The translations under genes and the position numbers were made by a program. The notes under the pieces were generated by a model. That model made no database searches. It had not been told where the DNA came from and saw nothing but the letters and a program-made list of their open reading frames with translations. Of a DNA stretch of 64,000 bases, positions 8,501 to 17,989 are shown in pieces; the first letter of the stretch is position 1, and each line of letters begins with the position of its first letter. The stretch spans positions 12,944 through 76,943 of the forward strand of contig JAYWIJ010000257.1 of NCBI GenBank assembly GCA_043788935.1, given 5' to 3'. This DNA is from Gemmatimonadaceae bacterium (GTDB lineage Bacteria > Gemmatimonadota > Gemmatimonadetes > Gemmatimonadales > Gemmatimonadaceae).

Positions 8501-9427
8501 TCAGCTCTCACCAGGCAACGGCGTGACTACGAGCACCGCCGTGATCAGCAGCACGAGCAGCGCCAGCAGCAGCTCGATGATGAGCGACTTCCGAAGCGCC
8601 GGCACGCCCTCGGCCAGCGCCAGTCGCGGCCCGAGGCGGCGCCAGTTGGTTGCGCCGAGTGCGACGACGATCAGCACGATGGCCGTCTTCACGAGCACGT
8701 AGCGGCCCCAGGTCTCGAGCCACAGCTCACGCACGTCGGTCAGCTTGAGCACCGTCGCAATCACGCCGCTGATCAGCACCAGCGCCACGCCCGGCAACGC
8801 GACCTGCGGGACCAGCGGCACCAGCAGGCGCAGGCGCGCATCAGCGCGTGCAGCGCGAGCCGGACTCACAATACCATCGCCATTCGGCATCGCCACGCCG
8901 AGCAGACCGATCACGCCGATCACGCCCAACCAGAGTCCCGCGCCCGTCACATGCGCAATGTCGGCCGTGACGGCGAGCATCGTGTACGTCTCGCTGCCGA
9001 TCGCGTGTCCCTGCAGCGCTGGCGTGACGCAGAGCCCAACGCAGGCGAGCGTCGACAGTGTCCAGCGTGCGCGTGAGATGGGTGCGGCCAGCACGAGCGC
9101 AAAGCCAGCGACGGCCGCGACGATGGCGACCGTCTGCCAGAGAAATCCGGTGCCCCACGTGGTTGCCGTGAGCAACGGCGACACACCAGCCAGCAAGGGG
9201 TCGCCGTCGGCACGGATCGCGAGGAGCTGATCCATCAGTCGCATCGCTGCCGCAGGAATCAACGCCAGCGCTGCGACCACGCCGACGCGCGCACTGTCGC
9301 GCGCCACGTCATGTCGTGCGCCGGTCTCTGCGGCGGTGCGGGGAATCACCGCGATGGCCAGCGCACAGGCGCCACACGCCAGCACGGTGGCCACGAACGT
9401 CACCCACCGCGCAATGATCCACTCCAC
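8501..9427 (-). CDS. copD: copper resistance protein CopD-family membrane protein
   Basis: 308 aa polytopic membrane protein immediately downstream of copC. Topology and length are typical of CopD. Confidence 0.8.
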   Translation of the reverse strand: MEWIIARWVTFVATVLACGACALAIAVIPRTAAETGARHDVARDSARVGVVAALALIPAAAMRLMDQLLAIRADGDPLLAGVSPLLTATTWGTGFLWQTVAIVAAVAGFALVLAAPISRARWTLSTLACVGLCVTPALQGHAIGSETYTMLAVTADIAHVTGAGLWLGVIGVIGLLGVAMPNGDGIVSPARAARADARLRLLVPLVPQVALPGVALVLISGVIATVLKLTDVRELWLETWGRYVLVKTAIVLIVVALGATNWRRLGPRLALAEGVPALRKSLIIELLLALLVLLITAVLVVTPLPGES

Positions 9428-9440
9428 GTGCGGGCGTCGG

Positions 9441-9821
9441 TCAGCGCGCCGCGCGCACGTCGAAGGGGATGACGCCGTTCAGCACGTGGCCGTCTCGCGC
9501 CATCGTCCGCCACACCACTTCGTAGTGACCCGGCGCCAGCGCCGCACCGACCGACGCGGTGATCGGCGCATTCGTCGCCTCGGCACGCGCCAGCGGCGCC
9601 AGCGCGCGCTCCACGGCTGACGCGCCGGTGCCCGACTTCACCTTGATCGACGTCACGCTCAGTTCCGGCTTCTGCGTGAACCAGAGCTTGATCTGCGTCG
9701 GCGGCGCCGTCAGCACGGCGTTCGCCGACGGCTCGCTGCGCGACAGCTTGAGATGCAGCATCGCAGCGCCCGCTGCCAGCGGCGCGCCGACGATCACGAG
9801 CGCCAGCAGCGCCCGTCGCAT
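9441..9821 (-). CDS. copC: copper resistance protein CopC (periplasmic copper-binding)
   Basis: Internal start MRRALLALVIVGAPLAAGAAMLH, i.e. a signal peptide ending in the CopC N-terminal His (HLKLSRSEP). GHYEVVWRTMARDGH block present. Confidence 0.85.
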   Translation of the reverse strand: MRRALLALVIVGAPLAAGAAMLHLKLSRSEPSANAVLTAPPTQIKLWFTQKPELSVTSIKVKSGTGASAVERALAPLARAEATNAPITASVGAALAPGHYEVVWRTMARDGHVLNGVIPFDVRAAR

Positions 9822-9835
9822 GATGCTGCGCGGGC

Positions 9836-10822
9836 TCACTGGCCCAGCACCAGCGCGAACACCAGCGGCGCCACGATCGACGCATCGCTCTCGATCATGT
9901 ACTTCGGCGTGTCCACACCCAGTTTGCCCCACGTGATCTTCTCGTTGGGCACCGCGCCAGAGTACGACCCGTAGCTGGTCGTGCTGTCGCTGATCTGGCA
10001 GAAGTAGCCCCACAGCGGCACGTCGTCGCGCTGCAGATCCTGATGCAGCATCGGCACCACGCAGATCGGGAAGTCACCCGCAATGCCGCCGCCGATCTGG
10101 AAGAAGCCGAGCGATGCGGTCTTCGTGAGCTCCGTGTACCACTCGGCGAGGTACATCATGTACTCGATGCCCGTCTTCACCGTATGCACGTTCTTCACGT
10201 CGCCGCTCATCACATGGCCGGCGAACATGTTGGCCAGCGTCGCATCTTCCCAACCCGGCACGATGATCGGCAGGTTCGCCTCGGCCGCTGCCAGCAGCCA
10301 CGAGTTCTTCGGGTCGATCTGGTAGCTGTCCTTCAGTTTGCCCGACAGCAGGATCTTGTACATGAACTCGTGCGGGAAGTAACGCTCGCCCGCCTTGTCG
10401 GCGGCCACCCACTCTTCCAGCACCACGCTCTCGATCCGGCGCATCGCTTCCATCTCGGGGATGCACGTGTCGGTCACGCGATTCATGTGACGGTCGAGCA
10501 GGTCCTGCTCCTGCGCCGGCGTCAGGTCGCGCCAGTTCGGGATGCGCTCGTAGTAGTCGTGCGCCACGAGGTTGAAGACATCTTCCTCGAGGTTGGCGCC
10601 GGTGCAGCTGATGCCGTGAATCTTGCCCTGACGGATCATCTCGGCCAGCGAGACGCCCAGCTCCGCCGTGCTCATCGCGCCGGCGAGGGTCACGAACATC
10701 TTGCCGCCAGCGGCCAGGTGCGCCGTGTACCCGTCCGCCGCCTCGATCAGTGCCGCGGCGTTGAAGTGACGGAAGTTGTGGCGGAGAAACGCCGAAACCG
10801 GCGCGGCAGTCGAAGTGGTCAT
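9836..10822 (-). CDS. deoxyhypusine synthase family protein (bacterial DHS-like)
   Basis: 328 aa from MTTSTAAP. Blocks FVTLAGAMSTAELG, ISCTGANLEEDVF and FFQIGGGIAGDFP are typical of the DHS/homospermidine-synthase-like fold. Confidence 0.87.
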   Translation of the reverse strand: MTTSTAAPVSAFLRHNFRHFNAAALIEAADGYTAHLAAGGKMFVTLAGAMSTAELGVSLAEMIRQGKIHGISCTGANLEEDVFNLVAHDYYERIPNWRDLTPAQEQDLLDRHMNRVTDTCIPEMEAMRRIESVVLEEWVAADKAGERYFPHEFMYKILLSGKLKDSYQIDPKNSWLLAAAEANLPIIVPGWEDATLANMFAGHVMSGDVKNVHTVKTGIEYMMYLAEWYTELTKTASLGFFQIGGGIAGDFPICVVPMLHQDLQRDDVPLWGYFCQISDSTTSYGSYSGAVPNEKITWGKLGVDTPKYMIESDASIVAPLVFALVLGQ

Positions 10823-10939
10823 GGAAGAGGCAGTCGGCGCCGGATCCGGCGCGCGGAATTCGAGTGGGAGCGTGTGAGCGCAGAAACCTAGCCGATCCGG
10901 CGCGTCGCGAGACGCGGCGCCGCGCACCCGGGTGTCACC

Positions 10940-11584
10940 TCAGGCGGGAACGACCTGACTGATGACGGCGATGAAATGGCAGGCGCTGCCTGCCAGCACG
11001 AACAGGTGCCACACGGCGTGCGAATACCGCAGGCGCTCGTTGTGATAGAACAGGGTACCGGCGGTGTACGCCACGCCACCCGCCAGCAACCAGATCAGCG
11101 ACGGTCGCGGAATGTTCATGAGCATCGGCTTGATCGCGAAGATCGCCATCCAGCCCATGCCGATGTACACCAGTGTCGAGAACAGCTTGAATCGACCGGT
11201 GAAGAAGAGCTTGAACGTGACGCCGATCACCGCCAGTCCCCACGCCACACCAAACAGCCACCAGCCCACGGGCCCCCGCAGGCCGTTGAGTGCGAAGGGC
11301 GTGTACGTCCCGGCGATCAACAGGTAGATGGCGCAATGATCGAAGATCTTGAGCCGTCGCTTCGCCGTCATGTTCGGGATGGCGTGGTACAGCGTCGAGG
11401 CAGTGTAGAGCAGCAGCAGCGAGGTGCAGAAGACGATCGCGCTCACCTGCTGGATGCGCGTGCCATGCAGCGTCGCCAGTGTGACCAGAACGGCGCCTGC
11501 GGCGGCGCTGGCCAGTGCACCGATTCCGTGCGTGACCGCGTTGACAATCTCTTCGCGATGCACCACCTCGGACGTCAGTATCAC
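10940..11584 (-). CDS. hemolysin III / PAQR family membrane protein
   Basis: 214 aa. EEIVNAVTHGIGA N-terminal motif, 7 TM segments, HAIPN.. and HAVWHLFVLAGSACHF C-terminal His motif. Confidence 0.9.
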   Translation of the reverse strand: MILTSEVVHREEIVNAVTHGIGALASAAAGAVLVTLATLHGTRIQQVSAIVFCTSLLLLYTASTLYHAIPNMTAKRRLKIFDHCAIYLLIAGTYTPFALNGLRGPVGWWLFGVAWGLAVIGVTFKLFFTGRFKLFSTLVYIGMGWMAIFAIKPMLMNIPRPSLIWLLAGGVAYTAGTLFYHNERLRYSHAVWHLFVLAGSACHFIAVISQVVPA

Positions 11585-11631
11585 TGAAGCATGGGCAGAA
11601 GGTCAGTGGGGAAGGCGGGACGAAAAAATAG

Positions 11632-11991
11632 CTAGCGGACCACGTAGGTGATCGTGCCGCCTGAGGCGTGCGCCGAGCAGTATCCGCCGTACGTACCCGG
11701 TAGTGGAACGCTGAAGGTGCGCGAGGAGTTCGCCGCGACACCGAAAATGCCGAGCGTCTGGTATGTGGTGTCTTCGTTCACCACGCGAACCTTGGTGTTC
11801 CGGCCTTGCGCCTCGATCACGATGGTGTCGGGTAGCGGGCTGGTCCGCCCCCAGCGGTCAACGACCACGCCGCGGCCACCCCGGGCAATGCGCAGGTCGA
11901 GCGCCGGCCGGGGCCAGGCCCACCAGGTGGCACCCGACGTCAGCGCAACCACTCCTGCCATCGCCAACAGGCGGCGCCGGCGCTCACTCAC
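11632..11991 (-). CDS. secreted hypothetical protein, cupredoxin-like (tentative)
   Basis: 119 aa with a signal anchor. VVNEDTTYQ...PGTYGGYCSAHASGG resembles a plastocyanin-type C-terminal loop, but the first His ligand is missing. Overlaps the PCuAC stop by 8 nt. Confidence 0.45.
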   Translation of the reverse strand: MSERRRRLLAMAGVVALTSGATWWAWPRPALDLRIARGGRGVVVDRWGRTSPLPDTIVIEAQGRNTKVRVVNEDTTYQTLGIFGVAANSSRTFSVPLPGTYGGYCSAHASGGTITYVVR

Positions 11992-12427
11992 GAACGAGCA
12001 CGCGCAAGGTGTCTACGCGTGTCCCGCGAAACCGCAGGCGCACCGCAACGGTGTCTCCAGCGGCCAGTGGTGCCCGCAGCCCGTTCGCCATCACGTGCAG
12101 TCCCCGTTCGCTGAGCACGGCCGAGTCGCCCGGCAGCACCACCAGTGAGTCGAGCGGGTGCATGCTCGCCATGCCGCCCTCGTCCATTGACTGATGAATG
12201 CCGGCGGACCCGGCCACGTCGATGTCGGCGCCGAGCAGCACCAGCGTGTCGGCGCCCGGATTCCGGAGGGTGAAGTAAAGTGCCGACGAGGCTCCCTGCT
12301 CAGCCGGGCGCATGTGCGGCATGTCGGCGGAGGGGGCGGCGGCATCATCGCTGGAGGAACAGCCTGACATGCCGATGAGCAGCAGCACGGCGGCGGCGGA
12401 GCGGAACCACGGGAGCGGGGCCCTCAC
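11984..12427 (-). CDS. copper chaperone PCu(A)C (DUF461) lipoprotein
   Basis: GTG start at 12427 (GTGA overlap with the SCO1 stop). Lipobox LLLIGMSGC. H(M)x10Mx21HxM-type motif region: IHQSMDEGGMASMHPL. Confidence 0.78.
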   Translation of the reverse strand: MRAPLPWFRSAAAVLLLIGMSGCSSSDDAAAPSADMPHMRPAEQGASSALYFTLRNPGADTLVLLGADIDVAGSAGIHQSMDEGGMASMHPLDSLVVLPGDSAVLSERGLHVMANGLRAPLAAGDTVAVRLRFRGTRVDTLRVLVRE

Positions 12428-13002
12428 AGGAGTGCCCGGATGTCGGAGGAAATCTGCGCCGGCGTCAATCCGGCGCGGTGCAGGAGGCGAAGTCGGCCTG
12501 CCGGGTCGATCACGAACACCTGCGACGGATGACTGACCGTGTACACCGATGTGGTGTCTCCAGGCACGCCATCCCGGAACGCCGCCAGCTTCCACTGCTT
12601 CAACATGCCGTCGATCTGGTCGCGCGTTCCGCTCAGTCCCGTGAAGCGCGGATGCATGCCTGCGGCATATCGCTGCACCACCGCCGGTGTGTCGCGTTCC
12701 GGATCCACGCTCACGAAGACGAACTCGACTTTTGTCGTATCCTGATCCAATTCCGTCGCCGCCTTCTTCCAGTCGAGCAGCGTGGTGGGGCAAATGTCCG
12801 GACAGTGCGTGTACCCGAAGAAAACGAGCACGACTTTTCCGCGCTGCGCGCTCAGTCTGAAGGTGCTGCCGGTGCTGTCGGCAAGCTCGAGTACGGGTGC
12901 CGCCTCCGGTGGATCGAGCAGGACGCCGTTGAATGCGGGCGCCGAGCACGCCGCTGCCGACACCAGAACTCCAATAGCAACATAGAGATAGCGCATTCGC
13001 AT
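12424..13002 (-). CDS. SCO1/SenC family copper chaperone / thiol-disulfide protein
   Basis: Start MRMRYLYVAIGVLVSAAAC. CxxxC motif FFGYTHCPDICP. The conserved SHP His is present at the expected distance. Confidence 0.88.
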   Translation of the reverse strand: MRMRYLYVAIGVLVSAAACSAPAFNGVLLDPPEAAPVLELADSTGSTFRLSAQRGKVVLVFFGYTHCPDICPTTLLDWKKAATELDQDTTKVEFVFVSVDPERDTPAVVQRYAAGMHPRFTGLSGTRDQIDGMLKQWKLAAFRDGVPGDTTSVYTVSHPSQVFVIDPAGRLRLLHRAGLTPAQISSDIRALL

Positions 13003-13044
13003 TAGACTCCGAGTGGCCTGACGATGCTGTCTTTTTTTCGTCAC

Positions 13045-13071
13045 ATCAATTATCATGTAGTTATCAATAAC
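13045..13071. promoter_or_regulatory. AT-rich candidate Fur-family operator in the divergent sco1 / fur-like intergenic region
   Basis: ATCAATTATCATGTAGTTATCAATAAC. Two TTATCA hexamers lie 11 bp apart, and there is an AATTAT (NATWAT-like) hexamer. This is the only AT-rich island in a GC-rich neighbourhood. Confidence 0.3.
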
Positions 13072-13132
13072 GGTTTCGCAGCAGAGCTCCCCTCTGCCGT
13101 CGAGCCCGTCATCACAGAGTGTCGGAGGACGA

Positions 13133-13507
13133 ATGGAACGGAATACCAGGCAGCGTGGAGCGATTCGGCGCGTCTTCAGTGCGCTGCATCGCCCGCTGTC
13201 GCCGTCCGAGGTGCTCGAGGCCGCCAAGATGGAAGTGCCGACGATGGGCATCGCGACGGTGTATCGCACCATCAAGACGCTCATGGACGAAGGGGAGATC
13301 CAGAGCATCGACATCCCGGGAGAAGCACCGCGCTACGAGATCGCGCATCTGGGACACCATCATCATTTCCACTGCAGGACCTGCGACAAGGTATTCGAGG
13401 TGGAAGGGTGTCCTGCGGACATCCAGAAGCTGGCACCGCCGGGATTCGTCACCGATGGGCACGAGGTCATGCTGTTCGGACGATGCACGACTTGCGACGT
13501 CGCATGA
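13133..13507 (+). CDS. Fur family transcriptional regulator (Fur/Zur/other subtype not resolved)
   Basis: 124 aa. Winged-helix ATVYRTIKTL. His cluster HLGHHHHFHC with CxxC (CRTC) and C-terminal CTTC. Confidence 0.9.
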   Translation: MERNTRQRGAIRRVFSALHRPLSPSEVLEAAKMEVPTMGIATVYRTIKTLMDEGEIQSIDIPGEAPRYEIAHLGHHHHFHCRTCDKVFEVEGCPADIQKLAPPGFVTDGHEVMLFGRCTTCDVA

Positions 13508-13667
13508 TCTGACGGGCTCGGCACATTACGATGACGGCGGTCTGTTTCCGCGGAGCGCCAATATCGTTCGTGAGATCATGCACGTGTCATCGGCATCAAA
13601 CGTGCACTCGAGTTCGGTGCGCCGCCTCGCGGCGCTTCACTTCCATGACACGTCCAGGATATATCAC

Positions 13668-14192
13668 ATGCGCACAAACATTCGCGCGGTCGCACTCGCC
13701 GCTGCCCTGCTCGTCATCGGGACTGCTCCCGCTGCCGCTCAGGTTCGAAAGGGATACTCCGACATCGGCTTCGTGCTCGGCATCGGGGATATCGGCAACG
13801 CAAGTCTCGCCTTCGGCGGCCGCTACGAGAACGTCTTCAAGAATCTTCCCGATCTGGGCAACGGCATGCTCGGCTTCATGGTCAGTGCCGACGTCTACAC
13901 CGTGTCGCGCGATCGTGGCAACATCCGCTACATCCCGATCGGCGCAACGATGAACTACCACTTCCGCATCGACCCCGCGAACAAGGTGGACCTGTTCCTT
14001 GGCGCCGGTCTCGGCTTCCGCTCCATCAGCTGCAGCAACTTCGGCGTGAACGATTGTGGCACGAGCAGTGGCCTGTACGTGATTGGTCGCGCCGGCGGCC
14101 GCTACTTCCTGAAGCCGAACCTGGCGCTTTACGGCGACCTCGGTCCCGGTGCCTCGACGCTCAACCTCGGCCTGATGTTCAAGCTGCAGTGA
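13668..14192 (+). CDS. small outer-membrane beta-barrel protein
   Basis: Internal ATG at 13668 gives the signal peptide MRTNIRAVALAAALLVIGTAPAAAQ. Shows alternating beta-strand pattern and a C-terminal aromatic-type end LGLMFKLQ. Confidence 0.72.
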   Translation: MRTNIRAVALAAALLVIGTAPAAAQVRKGYSDIGFVLGIGDIGNASLAFGGRYENVFKNLPDLGNGMLGFMVSADVYTVSRDRGNIRYIPIGATMNYHFRIDPANKVDLFLGAGLGFRSISCSNFGVNDCGTSSGLYVIGRAGGRYFLKPNLALYGDLGPGASTLNLGLMFKLQ

Positions 14193-14245
14193 TCGGTGCA
14201 CCGATTCCTTGCCGCTTCGTGCGGTGAGGAACCTCACCTGATGCG

Positions 14246-14284
14246 AAAGGGCGGGCGGTGCATATAATGCGCTGCCCGCCCTTT
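14246..14284. terminator. bidirectional intrinsic terminator between the OMP gene and rpmE2
   Basis: AAAGGGCGGGC-(17 nt)-GCCCGCCCTTT. An 8-bp G/C stem is flanked by an A-run and a T-run, and it lies between convergent stops. Confidence 0.6.
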
Positions 14285-14308
14285 GCCTTGCTCAAGTCCT
14301 GCCGTCGC

Positions 14309-14551
14309 TCAGCGCGCGTAACGCTTCTTGAAGCGGTCGACACGACCCTGCGTGTCGATCATGCGCTGCTGGCCCGTATAGAACGGGTGCGAGTGGCTGG
14401 TGATTTCCATGGTGATGACCGGATACGACTTGCCGTCGGTCCATTCCATCATCTGGTCGCTCGACTGCGTCGAGCGGGTCACGAACGCGAAACCCGACGA
14501 GGCGTCCTTGAAGATCACCGGGTGGTACGCGGGATGAATACCGTCCTTCAT
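14309..14551 (-). CDS. rpmE2: 50S ribosomal protein L31, type B (zinc-independent paralog)
   Basis: 80 aa, [14 protein letters not shown]...[24 protein letters not shown]. There are no CxxC zinc ligands. Confidence 0.93.
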   Translation of the reverse strand: MKDGIHPAYHPVIFKDASSGFAFVTRSTQSSDQMMEWTDGKSYPVITMEITSHSHPFYTGQQRMIDTQGRVDRFKKRYAR

Positions 14552-14742
14552 GGCTGCAGACTCGTCTTGAGGGTCACGCGCCGGGGTACACAGTTTCCCG
14601 GCAAGCCTCGAAACGTAGTCAGCCTCCGGCCGTCGCGGGAGGGGGCCGACCGTGACACCGTTCCCGCAGCGCCCGGGGCTCGCCCCACCTCCCCCGCCCG
14701 GTTGCCTCGTGCGGGACAGCCTTAATGAGAACTTGATGAGAT

Positions 14743-14772
14743 TTGCATATCAGATGGCGCTCTCACTATAAT
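14743..14772 (+). promoter_or_regulatory. sigma-70-like promoter candidate upstream of the MerC-like gene
   Basis: TTGCAT (14743..14748), 18-nt spacer, TATAAT (14767..14772), inside a local AT-rich patch. Confidence 0.3.
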
Positions 14773-14845
14773 TTGATACCCGGAGCCCGTTGCGCCCCGT
14801 GCAGCGCGTCGCCCGGCGCTGCTTTCGCCCTCTCCCGCGCGGTCG

Positions 14846-15277
14846 ATGGCCATTTCAGTTCGCGTCACGCACATCACGGAAGCGTCGCTCGACATCGTCG
14901 GGGCCACGGCGTCTGTCGTGTGTGCGGTGCACTGTGCGGGCGTGGCGCTGCTGCTCGGCATCGCGCCGGTGCTCGACATCGTCGCGCAGCCGTGGGTGGA
15001 CTGGCTCTTCCTGGGCGCTTCGACGATCGTCGGACTGCTGGCTCTCGTGCCGGGATACCGTCGCCATCGGCACGCCATGCCGCTCGTGCTCTTCAGCGGC
15101 GGCATCGCGATCCTGTTCATGGCCCGCCTGCTTCGCATGCCGCCCTCGATGTTCGAGCTGAGCATCGTACTGGTTGCCGCGTCGGCGTTGATCACGGCGC
15201 ACTGGCGTAATCGCGGCGAACTGCGCTCCTGCCGATGCATCGTCGCATCGGCCACTACGACGCTGCCCCGAGCCTGA
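14846..15277 (+). CDS. MerC-domain membrane protein
   Basis: 143 aa. The ASVVCAVHCAGVALLLGIAP first helix with VHC motif, then GYRRHRH between TM2 and TM3, matches the MerC-domain pattern. Confidence 0.68.
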   Translation: MAISVRVTHITEASLDIVGATASVVCAVHCAGVALLLGIAPVLDIVAQPWVDWLFLGASTIVGLLALVPGYRRHRHAMPLVLFSGGIAILFMARLLRMPPSMFELSIVLVAASALITAHWRNRGELRSCRCIVASATTTLPRA

Positions 15278-15284
15278 ACCCGCG

Positions 15285-15752
15285 TCAGCCCTCGGCTGAC
15301 GCCCCCGCAACGCGCACATCACCCGGCGCGCCGTTGAGCACGGCGCTGTAGTGCACTGGCAGCGCCGGATCGAGCGTGTCGCGCACACTGCAGTACTTCG
15401 TGATCGCCAGTTCGATCGCCCGCTCAGCATGTGTGCGATCCACACCCTCGCCGGTGAGGTGATACGTGAGCGACGCCGCGACGATGCGCTTTGGTGTCGC
15501 ATCGGCACGCGTGCCGACCGCATCGATCGAAAGCGCCGACAGCGGTGTGCGCCGCTTCGCGAGAATGTCCACCACATCCACGGCCGTGCAGGCGGCGAGC
15601 GCGCTCATGACGGCGTCCACCGGGCTCTGGCCCGTGACACCATCGCCATCGAGACGAATCGTGGGGCCGCCGGGCCGTCCGGTGTCGAAGCGTCGGTCGC
15701 CGGCCCAGTTCAGCTGAATCGTGGAAACGGCCTTGGTCGGAGGCGTGGTCAT
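15285..15752 (-). CDS. OsmC family peroxiredoxin-like protein
   Basis: 155 aa. LAACTAVDV and [10 protein letters not shown] paired-Cys blocks are typical of OsmC/Ohr. Its ATG overlaps the rhodanese stop (ATGA). Confidence 0.87.
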   Translation of the reverse strand: MTTPPTKAVSTIQLNWAGDRRFDTGRPGGPTIRLDGDGVTGQSPVDAVMSALAACTAVDVVDILAKRRTPLSALSIDAVGTRADATPKRIVAASLTYHLTGEGVDRTHAERAIELAITKYCSVRDTLDPALPVHYSAVLNGAPGDVRVAGASAEG

Positions 15753-16663
15753 GGTGCCGTCGTGGCGAATGGTGCAGTGCCGGTGACGATCGGCGTGCGG
15801 ACCGCATTGCCGTACTCGGTCCAGCTGCCGTCGTAGTTCTTCACGTCACGGTAGCCCAGCAGGTACGTGAGCGCAAACCATGTATGTGACGACCGCTCGC
15901 CGATGCGGCAGTACGTGATGGTGGGGGCGCTCCCGTTGAGCTGGTGTTCGACCTCGTAGATCGCCCGCAGCTCGTCGGCCGACTTGAACGTGCCGTCGCT
16001 GTTGGCCGCGCGTGCCCAGGGCACACTGCGCGCACCGGGCACATGGCCGCCGCGCATCGCCCCCTCCTGCGGATACTCGGGCATGTGCAGCTTCTCGCCG
16101 GTGTATTCCGGCGACGAGCGTACGTCGACCAGCTGACCGACGGCCTTCACCTGCGCCAGCACGTCAGGAAGGAAGGCGCGGATCGCTGCATCATCCCGTT
16201 CCCGTGCCACGTACGCCGACGCGGGATACGTACGACGGTCGCTCACGAGCGGACGGCTCTCGGCTTCCCACTTCATGCGACCGCCATCGAGGAGGCGCGC
16301 ATTGCGGAATCCGAACAGGTGGAACACCCAGAAGGCATAGGCTGCCCACCAGTTGTTCTTGTCGCCGTAGAACACCACCAGCGTGTCGTCGTCGATGCCG
16401 AGCCGGCGGAGCAGCGACTCGAACTGCTCCCGCGAGACGTAGTCACGCATCACGGGATCGTTCAGGTCGGTATGCCAGTCGATTTTCTGCGCGCCGGTGA
16501 TGTGTCCGAAATCATACAGCAGCACATCCTCGTCGCATTCGAGCAGGCGGATTGCAGGGTCGGCGAGATGGTCGGCCAGCCAGTCGGTGCTGACCAGGAC
16601 TTCGGGATTGCTGTAGCCACGGCCGGCGATGGCCGGGTCGGCGGCGAGAACTGAAGACGTCAT
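15749..16663 (-). CDS. thiosulfate/3-mercaptopyruvate sulfurtransferase (tandem rhodanese domains)
   Basis: Last 304 aa of ORF 15749..17377, starting at [19 protein letters not shown] block and active-site loop CRIGERSSH. Confidence 0.9.
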   Translation of the reverse strand: MTSSVLAADPAIAGRGYSNPEVLVSTDWLADHLADPAIRLLECDEDVLLYDFGHITGAQKIDWHTDLNDPVMRDYVSREQFESLLRRLGIDDDTLVVFYGDKNNWWAAYAFWVFHLFGFRNARLLDGGRMKWEAESRPLVSDRRTYPASAYVARERDDAAIRAFLPDVLAQVKAVGQLVDVRSSPEYTGEKLHMPEYPQEGAMRGGHVPGARSVPWARAANSDGTFKSADELRAIYEVEHQLNGSAPTITYCRIGERSSHTWFALTYLLGYRDVKNYDGSWTEYGNAVRTPIVTGTAPFATTAP

Positions 16664-16816
16664 GTCAGAGGTGCGGATATACGGGAACCGAACAGTCGGC
16701 TTTTGGGGCGTACCCGTCAGGCGCAGTCTGCGCTCCGGTGCCCTTCGTATCGTCGCGCCAGATGCGCCGTTGCGCCAGTGCGGGCCGGAGATCGCACGAT
16801 CTGGGTAGCTTGCGGC

Positions 16817-17986
16817 ATGGCCCGTGAATCGATGACCCCACTCTCCAGCTCGCTCGTGCCCGCAGTCTCGGCGGACGCGCTGCGTGTTTCCGGCGATGCG
16901 GTGGTGTACCGACTGTACGACGTCGGCTACGAGATCGCGCTGGACGAGGTGCTCGGGTTGCTGGCCACGCAGGCTCCCGCCAGAGTGCGACCTGTCCGCG
17001 GCGAGGCGCAGGCCCTGCAGATCCCGAACCCACCGATCACCGTGATCCTCGGCACCGAGGACGTGGTGCTCGGCGGCGAGCGGCTCACGCTCGAGGTGAG
17101 CGCGCGCATCTTCGACTTCGGTGTCGTGAGCATGCGGGCGCGGGTGCCGGCGCCTGCCGATATCACTTGGGCCGGTTTCGTCGACTTCGGTGAGGTGCTG
17201 GACGGCGCCGAGGTGATCCCGCTGCTGCTGGACACGCACGTGCGGTCGCTGGCGGAGCGTCTCGCCACCTGCATCGAGCGTCCGGCGATCGCCGCGCAGA
17301 CGGAGGACTACATCGTCTATCGCGTCGCTCGGCTGACCGACGTGCAGGGTACGCAGGCGCTGCCGTCGGTGCTGCATGAACGTCTGCTGTCACCGCTGCT
17401 GCTCAACGATCGGCGCACGCTCAGTGCCGACGCGATGCGCGAACTGCTGCCGCATCGCTTCAGCTACACGTCAGAGGACCTCGCCATCCTCACATGGGAC
17501 AACGCGCTGATCGTCGATCCCTCGCTGGTGGACACGGACGTGCAGTTCATCCTCGAATTCGCGAACGCGCAGCTGCTGGAGCTGCGATTCTACGACGCGA
17601 CGCTGGATGCCGAGCTGCCGCGGATGTACGACCGCATCGAGGCGGCGCGTCCCGGGGTGCGTGCACTGGCGTTGTTCAACCGCCGGTATGCGCCGGTGCT
17701 GGCGGAGTTGCAGCGCACGGTGGCCGACAGCACGGAGCTGGTGGAGCGGGTGGAGAATGCGCTCAAGGTGACCGACGACGTCTATCTCGCGCGCATCTAC
17801 GGCGCCGCGCTCGAGCTGTTCCGCGGGAAAGCGTGGCGCTCGGGGATCGATCGCAAGCTGACGATCATTCGTGAGACGTACGCCATGCTCAACGACGAGC
17901 AGCAATCTGCGCGGAGTGAAGCGCTCGAAGTCGCCATCGTGCTCCTGATCGTGCTCGAGATCCTGCTGGCCATTTTCCGACACTGA
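16817..17986 (+). CDS. RMD1/DUF155 family protein
   Basis: Start MARESM. The C-terminal pattern DDVYLARIY...[15 protein letters not shown]...[18 protein letters not shown] (single terminal TM) is typical of DUF155. Confidence 0.68.
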   Translation: MARESMTPLSSSLVPAVSADALRVSGDAVVYRLYDVGYEIALDEVLGLLATQAPARVRPVRGEAQALQIPNPPITVILGTEDVVLGGERLTLEVSARIFDFGVVSMRARVPAPADITWAGFVDFGEVLDGAEVIPLLLDTHVRSLAERLATCIERPAIAAQTEDYIVYRVARLTDVQGTQALPSVLHERLLSPLLLNDRRTLSADAMRELLPHRFSYTSEDLAILTWDNALIVDPSLVDTDVQFILEFANAQLLELRFYDATLDAELPRMYDRIEAARPGVRALALFNRRYAPVLAELQRTVADSTELVERVENALKVTDDVYLARIYGAALELFRGKAWRSGIDRKLTIIRETYAMLNDEQQSARSEALEVAIVLLIVLEILLAIFRH

Positions 17987-17989
17987 TCG

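Noticed and set aside
14552-14720. The GC-rich segment upstream of rpmE2 as a ribosomal-protein leader RNA.
   Set aside because: There is no recognisable conserved structure or mimic of an rRNA binding site by eye. This cannot be supported without comparative data, so it is mentioned only under the Fur/Zur finding.
16664-17377. Upstream extension of ORF 15749..17377 beyond the rhodanese start.
   Set aside because: The extension is Arg/His/Asp-rich with no rhodanese similarity, and it overlaps the RMD1-family gene on the other strand. The ATG at 16663 gives a full-length two-domain sulfurtransferase.
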